64,000 bases of DNA from positions 32,001-96,000 of the forward strand of contig CBFHOE010000009.1 of NCBI GenBank assembly GCA_965657355.1, in the 5' to 3' direction. The notes beneath the pieces are model-generated. The model was not told where the DNA came from and did no database searches. It worked only from the letters and a program-made list of their open reading frames with translations. Shown piece after piece: positions 10,091-20,245 of the stretch. The stretch is from Limisphaerales bacterium. GTDB taxonomy: Bacteria; Verrucomicrobiota; Verrucomicrobiia; Limisphaerales; JAJOIW01. Within the stretch, counting starts at the first letter, position 1, and each line of letters opens with the position of its first letter. The translations under genes and the position numbers were made by a program.

Positions 10091-11110
10091 CTAAGGTAAA
10101 TTACATATTCCAAACTCTTTTATCTTATGTTCGTTAATAAATTTTTTTACTCTTTGGGTAGAGGTCTCATTGGATATTTGGGAAACTCCTTTTATTTGTT
10201 TAAGCTGCGATAAATCAATACCCGCTATGTATAAAAAATCTTTAGGTTCTTGATCAAAGATGAATTTTTGAGGTAAACCGTCCGGAGGTTTAGTGATAAC
10301 AGCACCAGCGATACGTTGGCCTTCTGCATTATTTATTCCAGAAATCGGACCGACAAAACTATTTGGAAAAAGAGACTTATTTATAAAGCCAAGAGAAATT
10401 ATCTTTTCGATAAAACGATTTGCTTTTTGCTGATCATTTTCGCGAGTTTCGTAAATAAATTCAAAAGACTCGTGACTTGCAACCGAATAAAAACACGTCA
10501 CATACACCCAATTCCTCATTCCATTTCCTTCACCTGGCGCAAACCCTAATGTGTATGGCCCAAGAAAATGACCATAAAAAGTAAGAGATTCGATTTTTAT
10601 TTCAGCTGCTTTCCCAAAAGCCGATTCAATAAAGTTCGCATTTTTTTGTGCCCGTTTTTTACCTTCTAGACTAAAAGAAAATGTTTTTCTAATGGGGCAG
10701 ATTTGACTGGAAGCTTTTTCATTTTTTGAAAAAAACTTATCCAGAGCATCTTTCAATCGCCATACCATACAAAAAGAAAAGGCAACAAAAGCAAAACTCA
10801 CTAATTTGAAGTGGGAATACCCATAATGAATCCAAAAATAAACAAGGAATGAAGTCAGCGTTAGCGAAATTAAAAGTTGTAACAGATAAGTATAACGCCA
10901 TATCTTCCACAGGCCAATAATCGACAGGAGTTGTATTAGAAAAACAATTACCCCGGGAATCGTAACAATCTTAAATTCAATAAATACCAAGCAGGCACAT
11001 GCTACCAAACCAGCAGAAACTAACATTGTGAGAAGGAACTCGCGCAACTCTCCATTCAACCTGCCATGTTGGATGATTCTAAACATTAGCAATATGGTTT
11101 TAAAAACCAT
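10091..11110 (-). CDS. Hypothetical membrane protein: about 4 N-terminal TM helices plus a possible Suppressor-of-fused (SUFU)-like domain
   Basis: Four hydrophobic stretches in aa 25-120; C-terminal WVYVT..FEF..LPQKF..DFLYIAGIDLSQL pattern resembles SUFU domains; starts 17 bp after the upstream stop. Confidence 0.6.
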   Translation of the reverse strand: MVFKTILLMFRIIQHGRLNGELREFLLTMLVSAGLVACACLVFIEFKIVTIPGVIVFLIQLLSIIGLWKIWRYTYLLQLLISLTLTSFLVYFWIHYGYSHFKLVSFAFVAFSFCMVWRLKDALDKFFSKNEKASSQICPIRKTFSFSLEGKKRAQKNANFIESAFGKAAEIKIESLTFYGHFLGPYTLGFAPGEGNGMRNWVYVTCFYSVASHESFEFIYETRENDQQKANRFIEKIISLGFINKSLFPNSFVGPISGINNAEGQRIAGAVITKPPDGLPQKFIFDQEPKDFLYIAGIDLSQLKQIKGVSQISNETSTQRVKKFINEHKIKEFGICNLP

Positions 11111-11127
11111 GCATACGAATATATGGC

Positions 11128-14100
11128 TTATATACCGCCCAAATGAAATAGATAAGCAAAAAGATCAGCGAGCTGGTCATTAGGCAATGATTTTGCGGTG
11201 GCTGGCATCAAGCTCCCAAGGTTTACAACAGAGTCCACATTGTCCCTTGCAATGGTCATTTGTGAGTCCTGAGCAATTTCTCGAATGACGATGACGTCCG
11301 AATTCCTTGAGGCCTGCTCATATCCTTGAACTATTCGACCTGATTTTAAGGTTACCGAGGAAAGGGTGTATCCTTCTTTCACATGTAAGGAAGGCCACAT
11401 CACTTCTGTCACAATTCTTTCTTTAGGAATAACACTGCCAGCTTGGGATAGGTCTGGCCCAAGCACTCCTCCATGGTTGCCCACTTTATGACATGAACTA
11501 CACCCTGCTTTGGCAGAGCGAAATACCATCTCCCCAGGTTTAACTGATCCTTTCTTGGCAAGTTTAGCATACCTTTTGACAGCTTTTGATGAGTACTTTA
11601 ACTCACCGATGTTTACGCCAGATAAATTGTCTAACAACTCCTGGATGACTTTATCCTTCAGAGACGATGAAAACCATGCATTTCGAAGAATTTCTCTTTT
11701 CTTTTGGCTAAGTTCTGGCCCTATTCCATTGAGAAGCCGTATAAATTCCTTTCTGGTCATTTCAGATCCAAGAAAGACTTTGTAAAGAAATTGAGCGGAT
11801 TGGTTATCCAATTGAGATTTGAGAAATTTACCAGTGAAATGAGAGGCAACTTTTACATCCTGATAAATAAGACCTTCAATAGCGCTTAAATATAATTTTC
11901 TATTATTACCATGTTTATGTAAAAAGGATTGATAGAAATCGACTATATTGTCACCGCCTATTTTTCCAATATTTTGAAGCGCCATAGCGCGTGTATCTAT
12001 AGGTAACTCTGTGGAGACGGCGTGTTTTTGCAGTAATGCGCTGGTTCCGGGCAAACGCCAAGCCCCAGCAAGTTGTATAGCTGAATTTTTAATTGAGTGG
12101 TCTTGACTTTTGAGCCACTGGCTTACGCTGTGGTGGACCTCAAAGTCAGGCTTATTAAGCTTAATCAATGATTGGATATTATCTGAGTCAAAATTTTGAG
12201 ATTCAAAAGCCCATTTTATATCCCGGGAATCACCGATTGATAGGAGAACTGAAATTAATCGACTTCGCCTTCTATGGCTCAATTGCGAAGATGCTAAAAT
12301 TTGCTTTAAATTACTCGACACATTTTTTTCTCCAGCAATAGCTAGTATTGCAGAAATTTCTCGCCCACCCTGGGGTAAGGTAAGATTACCATTTATAAAG
12401 GAAGGCAACCAATATGGTTTGAGAAAGTGGGTTGCCTGAATTGCAGCATACTCGACCCACTTATCGTCGGGCGCCTCATTCAGGGCTCTGGCAACAACTA
12501 AAATAGATTCCGCATTTGGTATTTTTGAAGCGGAGAGAATAGACTCCATTTTTACCAATGGATGTCCATCACTGGCGGCAGCCATTAATAAATTAATGCT
12601 GTCAGATATTTCATCATACCACTGGCCAATCATTCGCGCACCGTAGGCTCTCACCCTATGATCACCCGACTGCATCATTTTATATATAAGATCCTTATTT
12701 GCTAGCTGAAGCATATCTACCAGAGAAGCAAGCTCAATTAAGTCACGCCCTTCATATTTAAAAACAAAGCTAGGAATACTTTGCAAATTACGAGATGAAA
12801 GAACCTGCTTAGCTTTAAAACGAATCCATCGATTATCGGATTTTAAGGACTCAAAAAGCCTCTTATTCCCCCATCTATAAAGGTCACTTTTACCATGATT
12901 CCCATTAACTTTCGAAACTCTCCAAATTCTACCATGTGTCATATCTCTATTGGGGTGACGATAAAAATCGTCCTGATGACATGTAATGGGATTATACCAA
13001 TCGACAACATAAACAGCACCGTCAGGACCCAGCTTTACATCAACAGGTCTGAAATTTCTGTGGGAAGACTTAATGAGTGGTTCTTTCCAGACCACTCGAT
13101 AACCTGCTCCCTCCTCTTCGAGGTGAAAACGACTGATTTGATTTTTCTTGTAGTCCCCAATGACCAAATCCCCTTGCATCGAGTCCGGCAGGGACGTTGA
13201 TCCAATGACATCGATACCGCAATACCCACCGGGTTTGCCTATACGGGGCAACTTTAATTTATGCTTCACTGGAATAGAACCAGGCGTCAGAAATGAAACC
13301 CCGCCAGCTCCATCGATAACAAAGCTCTGACCGTAGTCATTAAATGCGACGCCCCAAGGATTTCCTGGTCCCATAAAATCATCAAGTAATCCATCTAATT
13401 TTAAGGTATCTGGACTCAATCGGAATACACCTGCTTGAAAAAGTGATGAAATCCCATGTGGCGTCTCAACACGAGATTCGATGCCGTCCCCTTGGCAAAA
13501 CAATAAATCTCCGCAGGGGCTCCAAGCAAAGGAATTAATAGTCTGATGAGAATCTCCATTACCAAAGCCAGATAGAACCACACGATTATTACCATCCCAG
13601 TCGATGTGGATTAGTTCGGTATTCTGGCCGACGTAAACACCATCGTGCCCAACTTCCATGCCGGTTGGAATATTTAATCCATCCGCAAAAACTTCATGAC
13701 TATCAGCTATGCCATCATCATTAGAATCAACCAACCTGATAATTCGATCATTTGCTATCGCACCGGGCCTTACCTGTGGATAGGTATCAGAGCACGCGAC
13801 GTACATCCGCCCCTGGGCATCCCATCTTACAGACAACGGGTTTGCTATCCCCATGGATTCATTGGCAAATAAATTAACCTCCAATCCATCAAGAATTTTG
13901 AAGGAACTCAATTCCTCTTTGATGTTTGCCTCTCCAGACCCAGTAAGTTTGGGATTCCTAACAGGCTGCGGAATTTTCCCATTTTGAATATCATATTCTG
14001 CAGATTTAATCAGCTCTTCATACTGACTCCATTCCTGTTTAAATGAAGGCAGCCCATCTGCAGCATTAGAAAAAATTCTTTTTCTATCATCGCCAAATAA

Positions 14101-14745
14101 ACACTTCCAATTAGATGGCCGCCAATATTCATACCACAGCCTATTTTTTACCTTAACGGCTTCCACAAGCCACTCGGGTGGCACTTCACCAATTGATTCT
14201 GCAACACTGTTTTCGAGATAAGGCACCCCCATATTCTTGGCTAACTTTTTGACAGTATCTTTGTATTCCAAATAATTATTGGATGACGCATTGCTCCATG
14301 CTAATGGAGCTGGCTCCGAAATAATCACTCTGAGATCATGTTTTAATAAACCTGAAATAATTTCTTTGTAGGCATTTTTGAATTCATACATTTTTTCCAG
14401 ACCATCAAAGGATTCCATCGCACCGAATTGAGCAATGATGACGTTGGCATTTACTTTTTTTAATTGGGCCTGAAGATCACCAAATGCCTCTTTTCTCCAT
14501 CGTTCTCGAACTGTGCTTAAATGATAGACTGTATCTCCCTCCCAGGAAAAATCCCTAAATATCAAATTGTAGTCTTTAAACTTTGTATATATGGAAGCTT
14601 CCATCACGCCTTTCTTCATCTCGTTCACAATATGAGTTCCACCAAGAAAAACGATAGTGTCTCCCTTTTGAATGAGGGATTCATGACCTTGTGATTTCAA
14701 GGAAATTGTTATTATAAGAAAAAGAGATATTATAAATTGGGTCAT
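11128..14745 (-). CDS. PVC-type membrane-bound dehydrogenase-like protein (SGNH-like + beta-propeller + HEAT repeats + haem c)
   Basis: Signal peptide; GLEVNLFANE..IANPLSVRWDAQGRMYV, FRPVDVKLGPDGAVYVVDWYN, HGRIWR; C-terminal CSSCHKV..GPDLS..SLMP. Confidence 0.9.
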   Translation of the reverse strand: MTQFIISLFLIITISLKSQGHESLIQKGDTIVFLGGTHIVNEMKKGVMEASIYTKFKDYNLIFRDFSWEGDTVYHLSTVRERWRKEAFGDLQAQLKKVNANVIIAQFGAMESFDGLEKMYEFKNAYKEIISGLLKHDLRVIISEPAPLAWSNASSNNYLEYKDTVKKLAKNMGVPYLENSVAESIGEVPPEWLVEAVKVKNRLWYEYWRPSNWKCLFGDDRKRIFSNAADGLPSFKQEWSQYEELIKSAEYDIQNGKIPQPVRNPKLTGSGEANIKEELSSFKILDGLEVNLFANESMGIANPLSVRWDAQGRMYVACSDTYPQVRPGAIANDRIIRLVDSNDDGIADSHEVFADGLNIPTGMEVGHDGVYVGQNTELIHIDWDGNNRVVLSGFGNGDSHQTINSFAWSPCGDLLFCQGDGIESRVETPHGISSLFQAGVFRLSPDTLKLDGLLDDFMGPGNPWGVAFNDYGQSFVIDGAGGVSFLTPGSIPVKHKLKLPRIGKPGGYCGIDVIGSTSLPDSMQGDLVIGDYKKNQISRFHLEEEGAGYRVVWKEPLIKSSHRNFRPVDVKLGPDGAVYVVDWYNPITCHQDDFYRHPNRDMTHGRIWRVSKVNGNHGKSDLYRWGNKRLFESLKSDNRWIRFKAKQVLSSRNLQSIPSFVFKYEGRDLIELASLVDMLQLANKDLIYKMMQSGDHRVRAYGARMIGQWYDEISDSINLLMAAASDGHPLVKMESILSASKIPNAESILVVARALNEAPDDKWVEYAAIQATHFLKPYWLPSFINGNLTLPQGGREISAILAIAGEKNVSSNLKQILASSQLSHRRRSRLISVLLSIGDSRDIKWAFESQNFDSDNIQSLIKLNKPDFEVHHSVSQWLKSQDHSIKNSAIQLAGAWRLPGTSALLQKHAVSTELPIDTRAMALQNIGKIGGDNIVDFYQSFLHKHGNNRKLYLSAIEGLIYQDVKVASHFTGKFLKSQLDNQSAQFLYKVFLGSEMTRKEFIRLLNGIGPELSQKKREILRNAWFSSSLKDKVIQELLDNLSGVNIGELKYSSKAVKRYAKLAKKGSVKPGEMVFRSAKAGCSSCHKVGNHGGVLGPDLSQAGSVIPKERIVTEVMWPSLHVKEGYTLSSVTLKSGRIVQGYEQASRNSDVIVIREIAQDSQMTIARDNVDSVVNLGSLMPATAKSLPNDQLADLFAYLFHLGGI

Positions 14746-14798
14746 ATCGAAAAATTGTTAAATCTTTTTGGGCTCTCCGTGAAAAAAATCATTATGAT

Positions 14799-15500
14799 TT
14801 ATTTTTCTTTTAGAAGAATATTTTTGAAAGCGACTTCCATTTTGTCGCCGCTGTGGAGTTGAAATCCAATGAGGCCCTTATCAAGACGTTTGGCATCTTC
14901 ATTATCAATAACCTTAGATGCCATTTCGCCGTTTATTGTGAACCACATTGTATTTCCAATCGCTGTGATGTGGACATGATTCCAATCATTTTTGCTGAGA
15001 GACTCTGGCTCAAAAACTCTATCAATCGGATGTCGAATTTTGGACCCGTCATGATTAATGATCACGACCTGCCCTCTTTTCGCCAAGTAGTCACCTCTTT
15101 GGTTTTCATGAAAATCCCAAGCTCCGAGGACTTTATCGCCTATTCCTACATGCCCAATATCGGCGTGATAGCCTTGCAACCTGCTAGGCTTTCCCTCAAC
15201 CGGTATTCCCCTTACCTCTACCCCGGTATTTCCGGTATCACTTAAAAACTTATAGCTGAATTTCAATTCAAAATCGGAGAGTTGCCTTTTAAACAAAAGG
15301 TATGATTCTCTTCCCTTTCCTTTGGCTATGATCTCACCACCGTCTATACTCCAATTAGAACTTTGCCCTTCCGGCCGGCATACCCATCCATCAAATGTTT
15401 TCCCATTAAAAATTGATGTAAATTTCTCATCTCCTACTAAAGGGGTAATAAACAGAAAACAATGCAGGACGCAAAATGTTTTAATTAAGAGTTGGTTCAT
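14799..15500 (-). CDS. DUF1080 (3-keto-disaccharide hydrolase-like) exported protein
   Basis: FTSIFNGKTFDGW, SDFELKFSYK, GNTGV, NDWNHVHI, GLIGFQLH, VAFKNI. Confidence 0.9.
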   Translation of the reverse strand: MNQLLIKTFCVLHCFLFITPLVGDEKFTSIFNGKTFDGWVCRPEGQSSNWSIDGGEIIAKGKGRESYLLFKRQLSDFELKFSYKFLSDTGNTGVEVRGIPVEGKPSRLQGYHADIGHVGIGDKVLGAWDFHENQRGDYLAKRGQVVIINHDGSKIRHPIDRVFEPESLSKNDWNHVHITAIGNTMWFTINGEMASKVIDNEDAKRLDKGLIGFQLHSGDKMEVAFKNILLKEK

Positions 15501-15614
15501 GATTGAAATTAGCAACAACAGAAATGCTCAGCAAGGCTTGACTCAAACATTTATTTTATTCAGCCTCTATCTATCAGATCTAAAGAAAAGGCACTACTAA
15601 AATATCGTATATAA

Positions 15615-16367
15615 ATGATTCAATTACAAATATGCCATGACAAGAGTTTTCCATCTCTAATTCAATTTAAAAATATTCATAAATCCCTAAAATACATTTC
15701 TGGCGTTTCAATACAGTCCGAACAGTCCTCTTATGACGCCATGGTGACTAACAACCTGGCAAAGGCAATTGAATTTAATAAGCCAACACTTTACACCGGC
15801 TTAAACTTTCAGGCATGCAACGATTTGATTACCCCATCTTTAACTTTGCGCTTTCGCCCTGATATTGCAGAGATCAGAAAGAATATTGCCGATGGAGCAA
15901 TAGGAAAACCGGGCCTGGTCAGGATACATCATTGGGATGACCCAGCAGTAGCTTTCGAGACTCGCGTAGCTGTGGAATATCTAGAAATATGCTTCGAAAT
16001 TTTCGGAGCTCATCCGGTGAAATCTCATTTTATGATGAGTCATAAAATCAACAAAGTGATTCACCTTGGATTCCCATGCGGAGGAATGGGAATCATCGAC
16101 CTTGGACATAAAGGCCAAAAAAATCAGACTTATTATTCAATGACGATCATTGGGTCAGACGGCGCTATATACTCGGATGACCACAGAAATAGAAACCTCA
16201 TCTTTCATAATACAAAGTCTTTTGCCGAACCTCCAGATTTCGGAGAGGCTGAGACTTTAAATTTACTCACTGATTTCATTGGAAATATTCGAGCGATCCC
16301 CAAAAATATCGAAAGACAAAAAAACATAAGTCAAGCCATGCAGATTTTAAATCTCAATGATGAGTAA
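15615..16367 (+). CDS. Gfo/Idh/MocA-like protein with eroded N-terminal Rossmann domain
   Basis: LRFRPDIAEIRKNIADGAIGKPGLVRIHHW and MTIIGSDGAIY match the C-terminal domain; no GxGxxG or EKP motif. Confidence 0.6.
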   Translation: MIQLQICHDKSFPSLIQFKNIHKSLKYISGVSIQSEQSSYDAMVTNNLAKAIEFNKPTLYTGLNFQACNDLITPSLTLRFRPDIAEIRKNIADGAIGKPGLVRIHHWDDPAVAFETRVAVEYLEICFEIFGAHPVKSHFMMSHKINKVIHLGFPCGGMGIIDLGHKGQKNQTYYSMTIIGSDGAIYSDDHRNRNLIFHNTKSFAEPPDFGEAETLNLLTDFIGNIRAIPKNIERQKNISQAMQILNLNDE

Positions 16368-16383
16368 TATCTTTTGACTAAAT

Positions 16384-17505
16384 ATGAATGCACCCGTGAG
16401 TAATGTGATAAGAGTGGGAATCCTCGGAATGGTTAAGCACGATTACATTCCAAATGCTTTTGCCAATCACCCCAGGTTCAAAATCGTCTGTGTCGCAGAC
16501 GATTCAGACAGGCCGCATTGGACCCACGAGAGAAATCAATCTTATGCTAGCAAATTAAATATCCCTTACTTAAAAGACCCGGAAGAAGCCTTTGTTATGT
16601 ATAGTCTTGATGCTGCGATTATATGCTCCGAAGCGGAACGCCACTGCAACTTGGCGATTCGTGCTGCCCAGGCAGGATTACATTTAGTCATAGACAAGCC
16701 ATTATCTACACATCTGGATCAGTGTGATAAGTTGATCGATGTTATTAACAAGTCGGGAGTCTGTTCACTGGTATGGAATCGGAATTTTTTACCATCGGTT
16801 TTGCAAGCGAAGTCGATCATCGAGAAAGGGGATATTGGAAGCCTCGTCTCTATTCACTGTGATTTTTATTTTGCAAAAGATGCCGGCCCGCCATTAAGGA
16901 TTGAAAATGATAACACCCAACCAATTAATTGGTTAGATAGACAATTGGAGGCTCATGCAGATGGCTCCGATGGCGGTGTCGGGATCGAGCCCATTGGAGA
17001 ATTACAGATCGAGGGTATATACCCATTGGCTTATATTCATTATTTAGCAAATGGGGCTCTGGCAGAAAAGGTTTTCACCTGTATGAAAACACATTTCCAC
17101 CAGGCGCATTTCGACAATAATGTAGATGACTTGTCGAGCATCTCTCTCCAGTATGAGGGGAATTTTACGGCAACTGTTTGCCTCGGAAGAATTGGTAATC
17201 ATGCTCACCCCGATATAGGCGAAATCAAAATCCACATCGTCGGCACTTCGGGCAGTGCTGTTATCTCGGAGGCGAGGCCTGAAATTTCCGTGTATTCCCG
17301 CAACCAGTCAAATAAGGAGTTTAAAAACATGAGAATCGCCAATGACAATGACAAGTTATTAGTTGATAACATGGCCCAAGCTATCGATAGTCATAAGGAA
17401 ACAATTTTAGACGCTTTAGATGCTCGAAACATTTGTGCAGCTATTCAGGCTGCCATTCATTCAGGGAAATCGGGCGAAATAGTCGAGGTTAATCACAGGG
17501 CTTGA
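16384..17505 (+). CDS. Gfo/Idh/MocA family NAD(P)-dependent oxidoreductase
   Basis: IRVGILG, DAAIICSEAERH, AGLHLVIDKPL, IIEKGDIG, AAIHSGKSG. Confidence 0.88.
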   Translation: MNAPVSNVIRVGILGMVKHDYIPNAFANHPRFKIVCVADDSDRPHWTHERNQSYASKLNIPYLKDPEEAFVMYSLDAAIICSEAERHCNLAIRAAQAGLHLVIDKPLSTHLDQCDKLIDVINKSGVCSLVWNRNFLPSVLQAKSIIEKGDIGSLVSIHCDFYFAKDAGPPLRIENDNTQPINWLDRQLEAHADGSDGGVGIEPIGELQIEGIYPLAYIHYLANGALAEKVFTCMKTHFHQAHFDNNVDDLSSISLQYEGNFTATVCLGRIGNHAHPDIGEIKIHIVGTSGSAVISEARPEISVYSRNQSNKEFKNMRIANDNDKLLVDNMAQAIDSHKETILDALDARNICAAIQAAIHSGKSGEIVEVNHRA

Positions 17506-17620
17506 TAGTTCATTGTAGGTTATTTCCAATTACACAGGTCAAATGACCCATCGATTCGATAAAAAATTGACAATTTTACCATGTCATTTTGATCTATTTT
17601 TATTAGCATTCATTCAAACC

Positions 17621-20242
17621 ATGAATCCCAAATTTATATCATTCCTCATCCTTACATTTCTATTTTGGGTCATTCCCTATTTTAAGATTCAAGCGAACGA
17701 ATTTTATAACGTCCGCGGAAGAGAAAGCCAGATCTCAACAATAAAGACTATACTAGAAGGAGAATCGGATTTTAAATTTTCGAACCCAGCAAGAATGCAG
17801 GGAATGAGAGGCTTTGGACCGCAATGGAGTGGCCATGCTCATTTACTGTGGGATGGCAAAATCGGGAATTCCACGACCATCGAATTCCACGTTTGGGAAT
17901 CAAGCCTTTATGAGGTTGGCTTTCAATTTACCAAAGCACCCGATTATGGAGTTTTTGAGGTTCGCCTGAATGACGAGATAGTCTTCGATAAGGTAGATCT
18001 CTATGGTCCGCGAGTCGCCCTTTCAAATATTTGGAACATTGATCATATTAATTTAAATGAGGGGCTGAACAAAATAACTTTCACCCTAATTGGCAGTCAT
18101 CCGAGCGCAAATAAATATAGAGAAAATAGTTACTTAATTGGATTTGATTTTCTTAAACTCAAAAACCTTAATCCAAAAAAAGATTTAAAAAAAGCGAATC
18201 AGAAAACCAATCTAGATGAAACCACCACAACAAATTTAACTCAGTTAAATACCAAAGAACTCAAAGGATATTTATCAAGGTATTGTTACGATTGCCATAA
18301 TGATAAAAAATCCAAAGGTGATGTAAACCTCGAGAGGTATAAAAATCTTTCTTCATTTAATAAGGATTTGGAATCAGCAGGGCTTATCCTGGATGTTTTG
18401 TCTAATTACGAAATGCCGCCAGAGGATGAATCCCAACCGAGTGAATTAATTCGTCAAAAATTAATGACGACATTTCAATCCTTGATCGACAAATCCATTC
18501 ATAAAAACCCACGATTGGCAAAAGTGACAATGAGGCGAATGAATCGATATGAGTATAATAATGCAGTGAGAGACCTTTTGAAACTTAAAGGAGACATCTA
18601 CCCTCTACCTGAAAAGCCAATAAGATCAGGAAAAGACTATTTCAACCCGAAATCCGGTCATTACCCCAGCAGCATTGTGGTCGGTAACAGACCACTCGGG
18701 AAATTTCAAATTGAGCAACAAATTCTGGACTCTGTATTCCCGTTCGCTATTGATCTGCAGGCCGAATTCGGGTTCAACAACCAAGGTGACCTCTTAAGTT
18801 TTTCACCGATTCTTTTGGAAAATTTTCTTAATCTTAGCCGATCCATATTGAACAGTTCCCAATTCAATAATTATTGCCAGATTTACAATGAACTTTTTGA
18901 GACCAATATCGACAAGCCATTGAAATCATATGACACGGTAAGAGGCATTGTAAAAACCCGACTTGAGCCATTTCTGGAAAAAGCATTTAGAGAACACCCC
19001 TCAAATAAAATTATTGAGCGGTATACAGATTTCTTTATGAAACAATTTCATGGTTCAAATGATTTTTCCGAAAGTATGAAAAAAACTATTTCGGCAATTC
19101 TTTCATCACCCAAATTTTTATTTATAAATCTCGGTATTCCAAAAAATAAAGTTGAACCCTTATCTGCTTATGAATTGGCAACAAGACTCTCATTTTTTCT
19201 TTGGAGCAGTATACCTGATGAGATTTTAATTGAGAAAGCGAGATCGGGAAAATTACTTAACCCAAAGGTTCTGAAAAATGAAATCAAAAGAATGTTAGAG
19301 AGCAAGCATAGCCAATCGCTCTCTCAAAATTTTGCTCGCCAATGGCTGCGCTTGGATAAATTAATCGCAGCATCACCGGATTTTGACAGATTTGAAATCT
19401 ATTATTCTCGGATTGGGTGTGAGCAATGGAAATTCGGGCTTCAAATGATGATGGAACCACTTTTATTATTTGAGAGTATAATGGTCGAAGACCGGTCCAT
19501 AATGCAGCTGATTGACTCCGACTACACCTATCGCTCCGATGAGTTGGATTCGTGGTACTACGATAAGATTCCATTTAACGACAAAAAGAATGCTGGAAGA
19601 TTTAATACGTTCACGCAATCATTCAAAAGGCGCCCGATAAAATCGAAGCGAGATGGTGGCGTAATGACCTCAGCAGCTGTATTAACAATGACTTCGGACA
19701 CCCTGAGAACAAACCCTATACTCAGAGGAGCATGGATGGCATCGGTTATATTCAATAATCCTCCCCCTCCTCCGCCTGATGCGATTCCAGAGCTTGAAGC
19801 CGATGACGACAAAATCGAATCAGAAGGATTAACACTCAGGCAAAAATTGATAGCACACCAATCAAATGAGTCTTGTAGATCCTGCCACGCAAAAATTGAC
19901 CCTCTGGGATTTGCCTTGGAGAATTTTGATCCAGTAGGTCGCTGGAGAGACAACTACCGTTCTGGATTACCCATAGATAGCTCAGGTGTGTATAATAATT
20001 TTGAGTTCAATGGAATTGTTGAATTAAAAAATCAAATAATAGCACGACCCGAAATATTTATCAGAGCCTTTTCCGAGCATCTGCTTTCGTATGCCCTTGG
20101 CAGAGAGCTCAATATTTATGACAAGCCGGCTATTGATAAAATAACTCGTAACGTTATGCTGGGAAAAGGCAAATTCTCAACAGTCGTTGAACAAATAGCG
20201 ATATCATTTCCTTTTCTCAATAAATCAAGTCAACGATTCTAA
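17621..20242 (+). CDS. Planctomycete cytochrome c / DUF1587-DUF1595-DUF1592-DUF1588-DUF1585 protein with N-terminal beta-sandwich
   Basis: YCYDCH..EMPP, RRMNRYEYNNAVRDLL, ILSSPKFLF, YELATRLSFFLWSSIPD, TNPILRGAW..PPPPPP, CRSCHAKIDPLGFALENFDPVGRWR, LLSYALGR. Confidence 0.92.
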   Translation: MNPKFISFLILTFLFWVIPYFKIQANEFYNVRGRESQISTIKTILEGESDFKFSNPARMQGMRGFGPQWSGHAHLLWDGKIGNSTTIEFHVWESSLYEVGFQFTKAPDYGVFEVRLNDEIVFDKVDLYGPRVALSNIWNIDHINLNEGLNKITFTLIGSHPSANKYRENSYLIGFDFLKLKNLNPKKDLKKANQKTNLDETTTTNLTQLNTKELKGYLSRYCYDCHNDKKSKGDVNLERYKNLSSFNKDLESAGLILDVLSNYEMPPEDESQPSELIRQKLMTTFQSLIDKSIHKNPRLAKVTMRRMNRYEYNNAVRDLLKLKGDIYPLPEKPIRSGKDYFNPKSGHYPSSIVVGNRPLGKFQIEQQILDSVFPFAIDLQAEFGFNNQGDLLSFSPILLENFLNLSRSILNSSQFNNYCQIYNELFETNIDKPLKSYDTVRGIVKTRLEPFLEKAFREHPSNKIIERYTDFFMKQFHGSNDFSESMKKTISAILSSPKFLFINLGIPKNKVEPLSAYELATRLSFFLWSSIPDEILIEKARSGKLLNPKVLKNEIKRMLESKHSQSLSQNFARQWLRLDKLIAASPDFDRFEIYYSRIGCEQWKFGLQMMMEPLLLFESIMVEDRSIMQLIDSDYTYRSDELDSWYYDKIPFNDKKNAGRFNTFTQSFKRRPIKSKRDGGVMTSAAVLTMTSDTLRTNPILRGAWMASVIFNNPPPPPPDAIPELEADDDKIESEGLTLRQKLIAHQSNESCRSCHAKIDPLGFALENFDPVGRWRDNYRSGLPIDSSGVYNNFEFNGIVELKNQIIARPEIFIRAFSEHLLSYALGRELNIYDKPAIDKITRNVMLGKGKFSTVVEQIAISFPFLNKSSQRF

Positions 20243-20245
20243 GTA

